Assembly (NCBI RefSeq): GCF_004010195.1
Contig: NC_057718.1
Coordinates: forward strand, 26,887,631 to 26,951,630
Direction: 5' to 3'
Source: Chiloscyllium plagiosum
Lineage: Eukaryota
DNA length: 64,000 nt
This document shows, in pieces, positions 63,250 to 64,000 of this stretch. A program made the translations under genes and the position numbers. Position 1 is the stretch's first letter. Each line of letters begins with the position of its first letter. The notes beneath the pieces were generated by a model. It worked only from the letters and a program-made list of their open reading frames with translations. It was not told the origin of the DNA and searched no databases.

Positions 63250-63925
63250 TTACAGCATCAATAAAAGCAAATAGGCTCATCCTGTCCTCACCAAGCAAAC
63301 ATCCATCTATTCCAATCCTATTTTCCAGCATTTGACCCGTAGCCTTGTGTAATGTTTCAAGAATTCAAGGTTCCCATCTCTACCATCCTTTTAAAGCAGC
63401 GAGGTCCTGATATCCACAAATCTCTGGATGAAATTTGTTTTCCCTCAAAAGCCCTCTAAACCCGATGCTTTTTATTTTAAAACTTTACCCCTAGTTACTG
63501 GCCCTTCTAAGAAGGGGAAACGCTTTTTCCTATCTAATTGCATCTATACCTATCAGAACTTTAGGTATCTCAATCAGATCACTCCTTAGCCTTCGACATT
63601 CTAAGTAAATCAACTCCAGACTACCTATTCTTTCTTCATAGCTGAATCATTCCACTCAGGAAACATGCTGGTAAATCTCTGATGCATGTTCTCTTGTGCA
63701 ATCACAACCTTCCTATAGTGAGGTGATCGTACATGTACACATTATTCCAGTGTGGTCAATCTAACATGATATGTAGCTCCATCACAACAACTTTGCTCAT
63801 ATCCAATACCTTGACTAATAAAGGCAAGTATTTATCCCACATGCTTGCTTAACCACCTTATCAACCTGTTCTGCTGCCTTCAAGGATCTAGGGACAAATA
63901 CACCAAGGTCCCTTGATCCTCTGTT
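63250..63925 (-). mobile_element. Old CR1-type LINE fragment
   Basis: Degenerate RT C-terminal motifs. Confidence 0.6.
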
Positions 63926-64000
63926 CTACCATTCCTGTTATTCCATAGCCTAATAAAATAGATGAAGGGTGCAATTTATTTGGATTTCAAGGCAGCTTTT

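Noticed and set aside
6880..63925. Apparent excess of LINEs in the XPO5 sense orientation
   Set aside because: Roughly 11 versus 6-7 fragments, too few to distinguish from chance
62322..64000. XPO5 exon 8
   Set aside because: No GKLEDRKPL-like coding sequence found; it presumably lies beyond the window

Overview
AT-rich vertebrate genomic DNA whose repeat content (HE1-like tRNA SINEs, CR1-type LINEs, Penelope-like elements) points to a shark or other cartilaginous fish. The window holds the 3' three-quarters of exportin-5 (XPO5) on the minus strand. I traced 24 coding exons by hand (62321 down to the stop at 4565; equivalent to human exons 9-32; 2701 nt, about 899 aa), and every junction is phase-compatible. 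Two introns are non-canonical: a minor-spliceosome U12 AT-AC intron (21131-22043) and a GC-AG intron (13505-14749). The introns are full of decayed CR1/L2 LINEs, three SINE families and two Penelope-like (PLE) families. The most unusual structure is a set of short fold-back PLE derivatives. Most have 9-15 bp target-site duplications, one arm carries an extra ~25-40 nt tail, and the ends carry minimal hammerhead-ribozyme motifs. One such hairpin sits about 40 nt from the U12 5' splice site. There is a 324-N assembly gap at 5197-5520. No other host gene, rRNA, tRNA or CRISPR array is supported. Family names and human comparisons come from memory, not database searches, and boundaries of old repeats are approximate.
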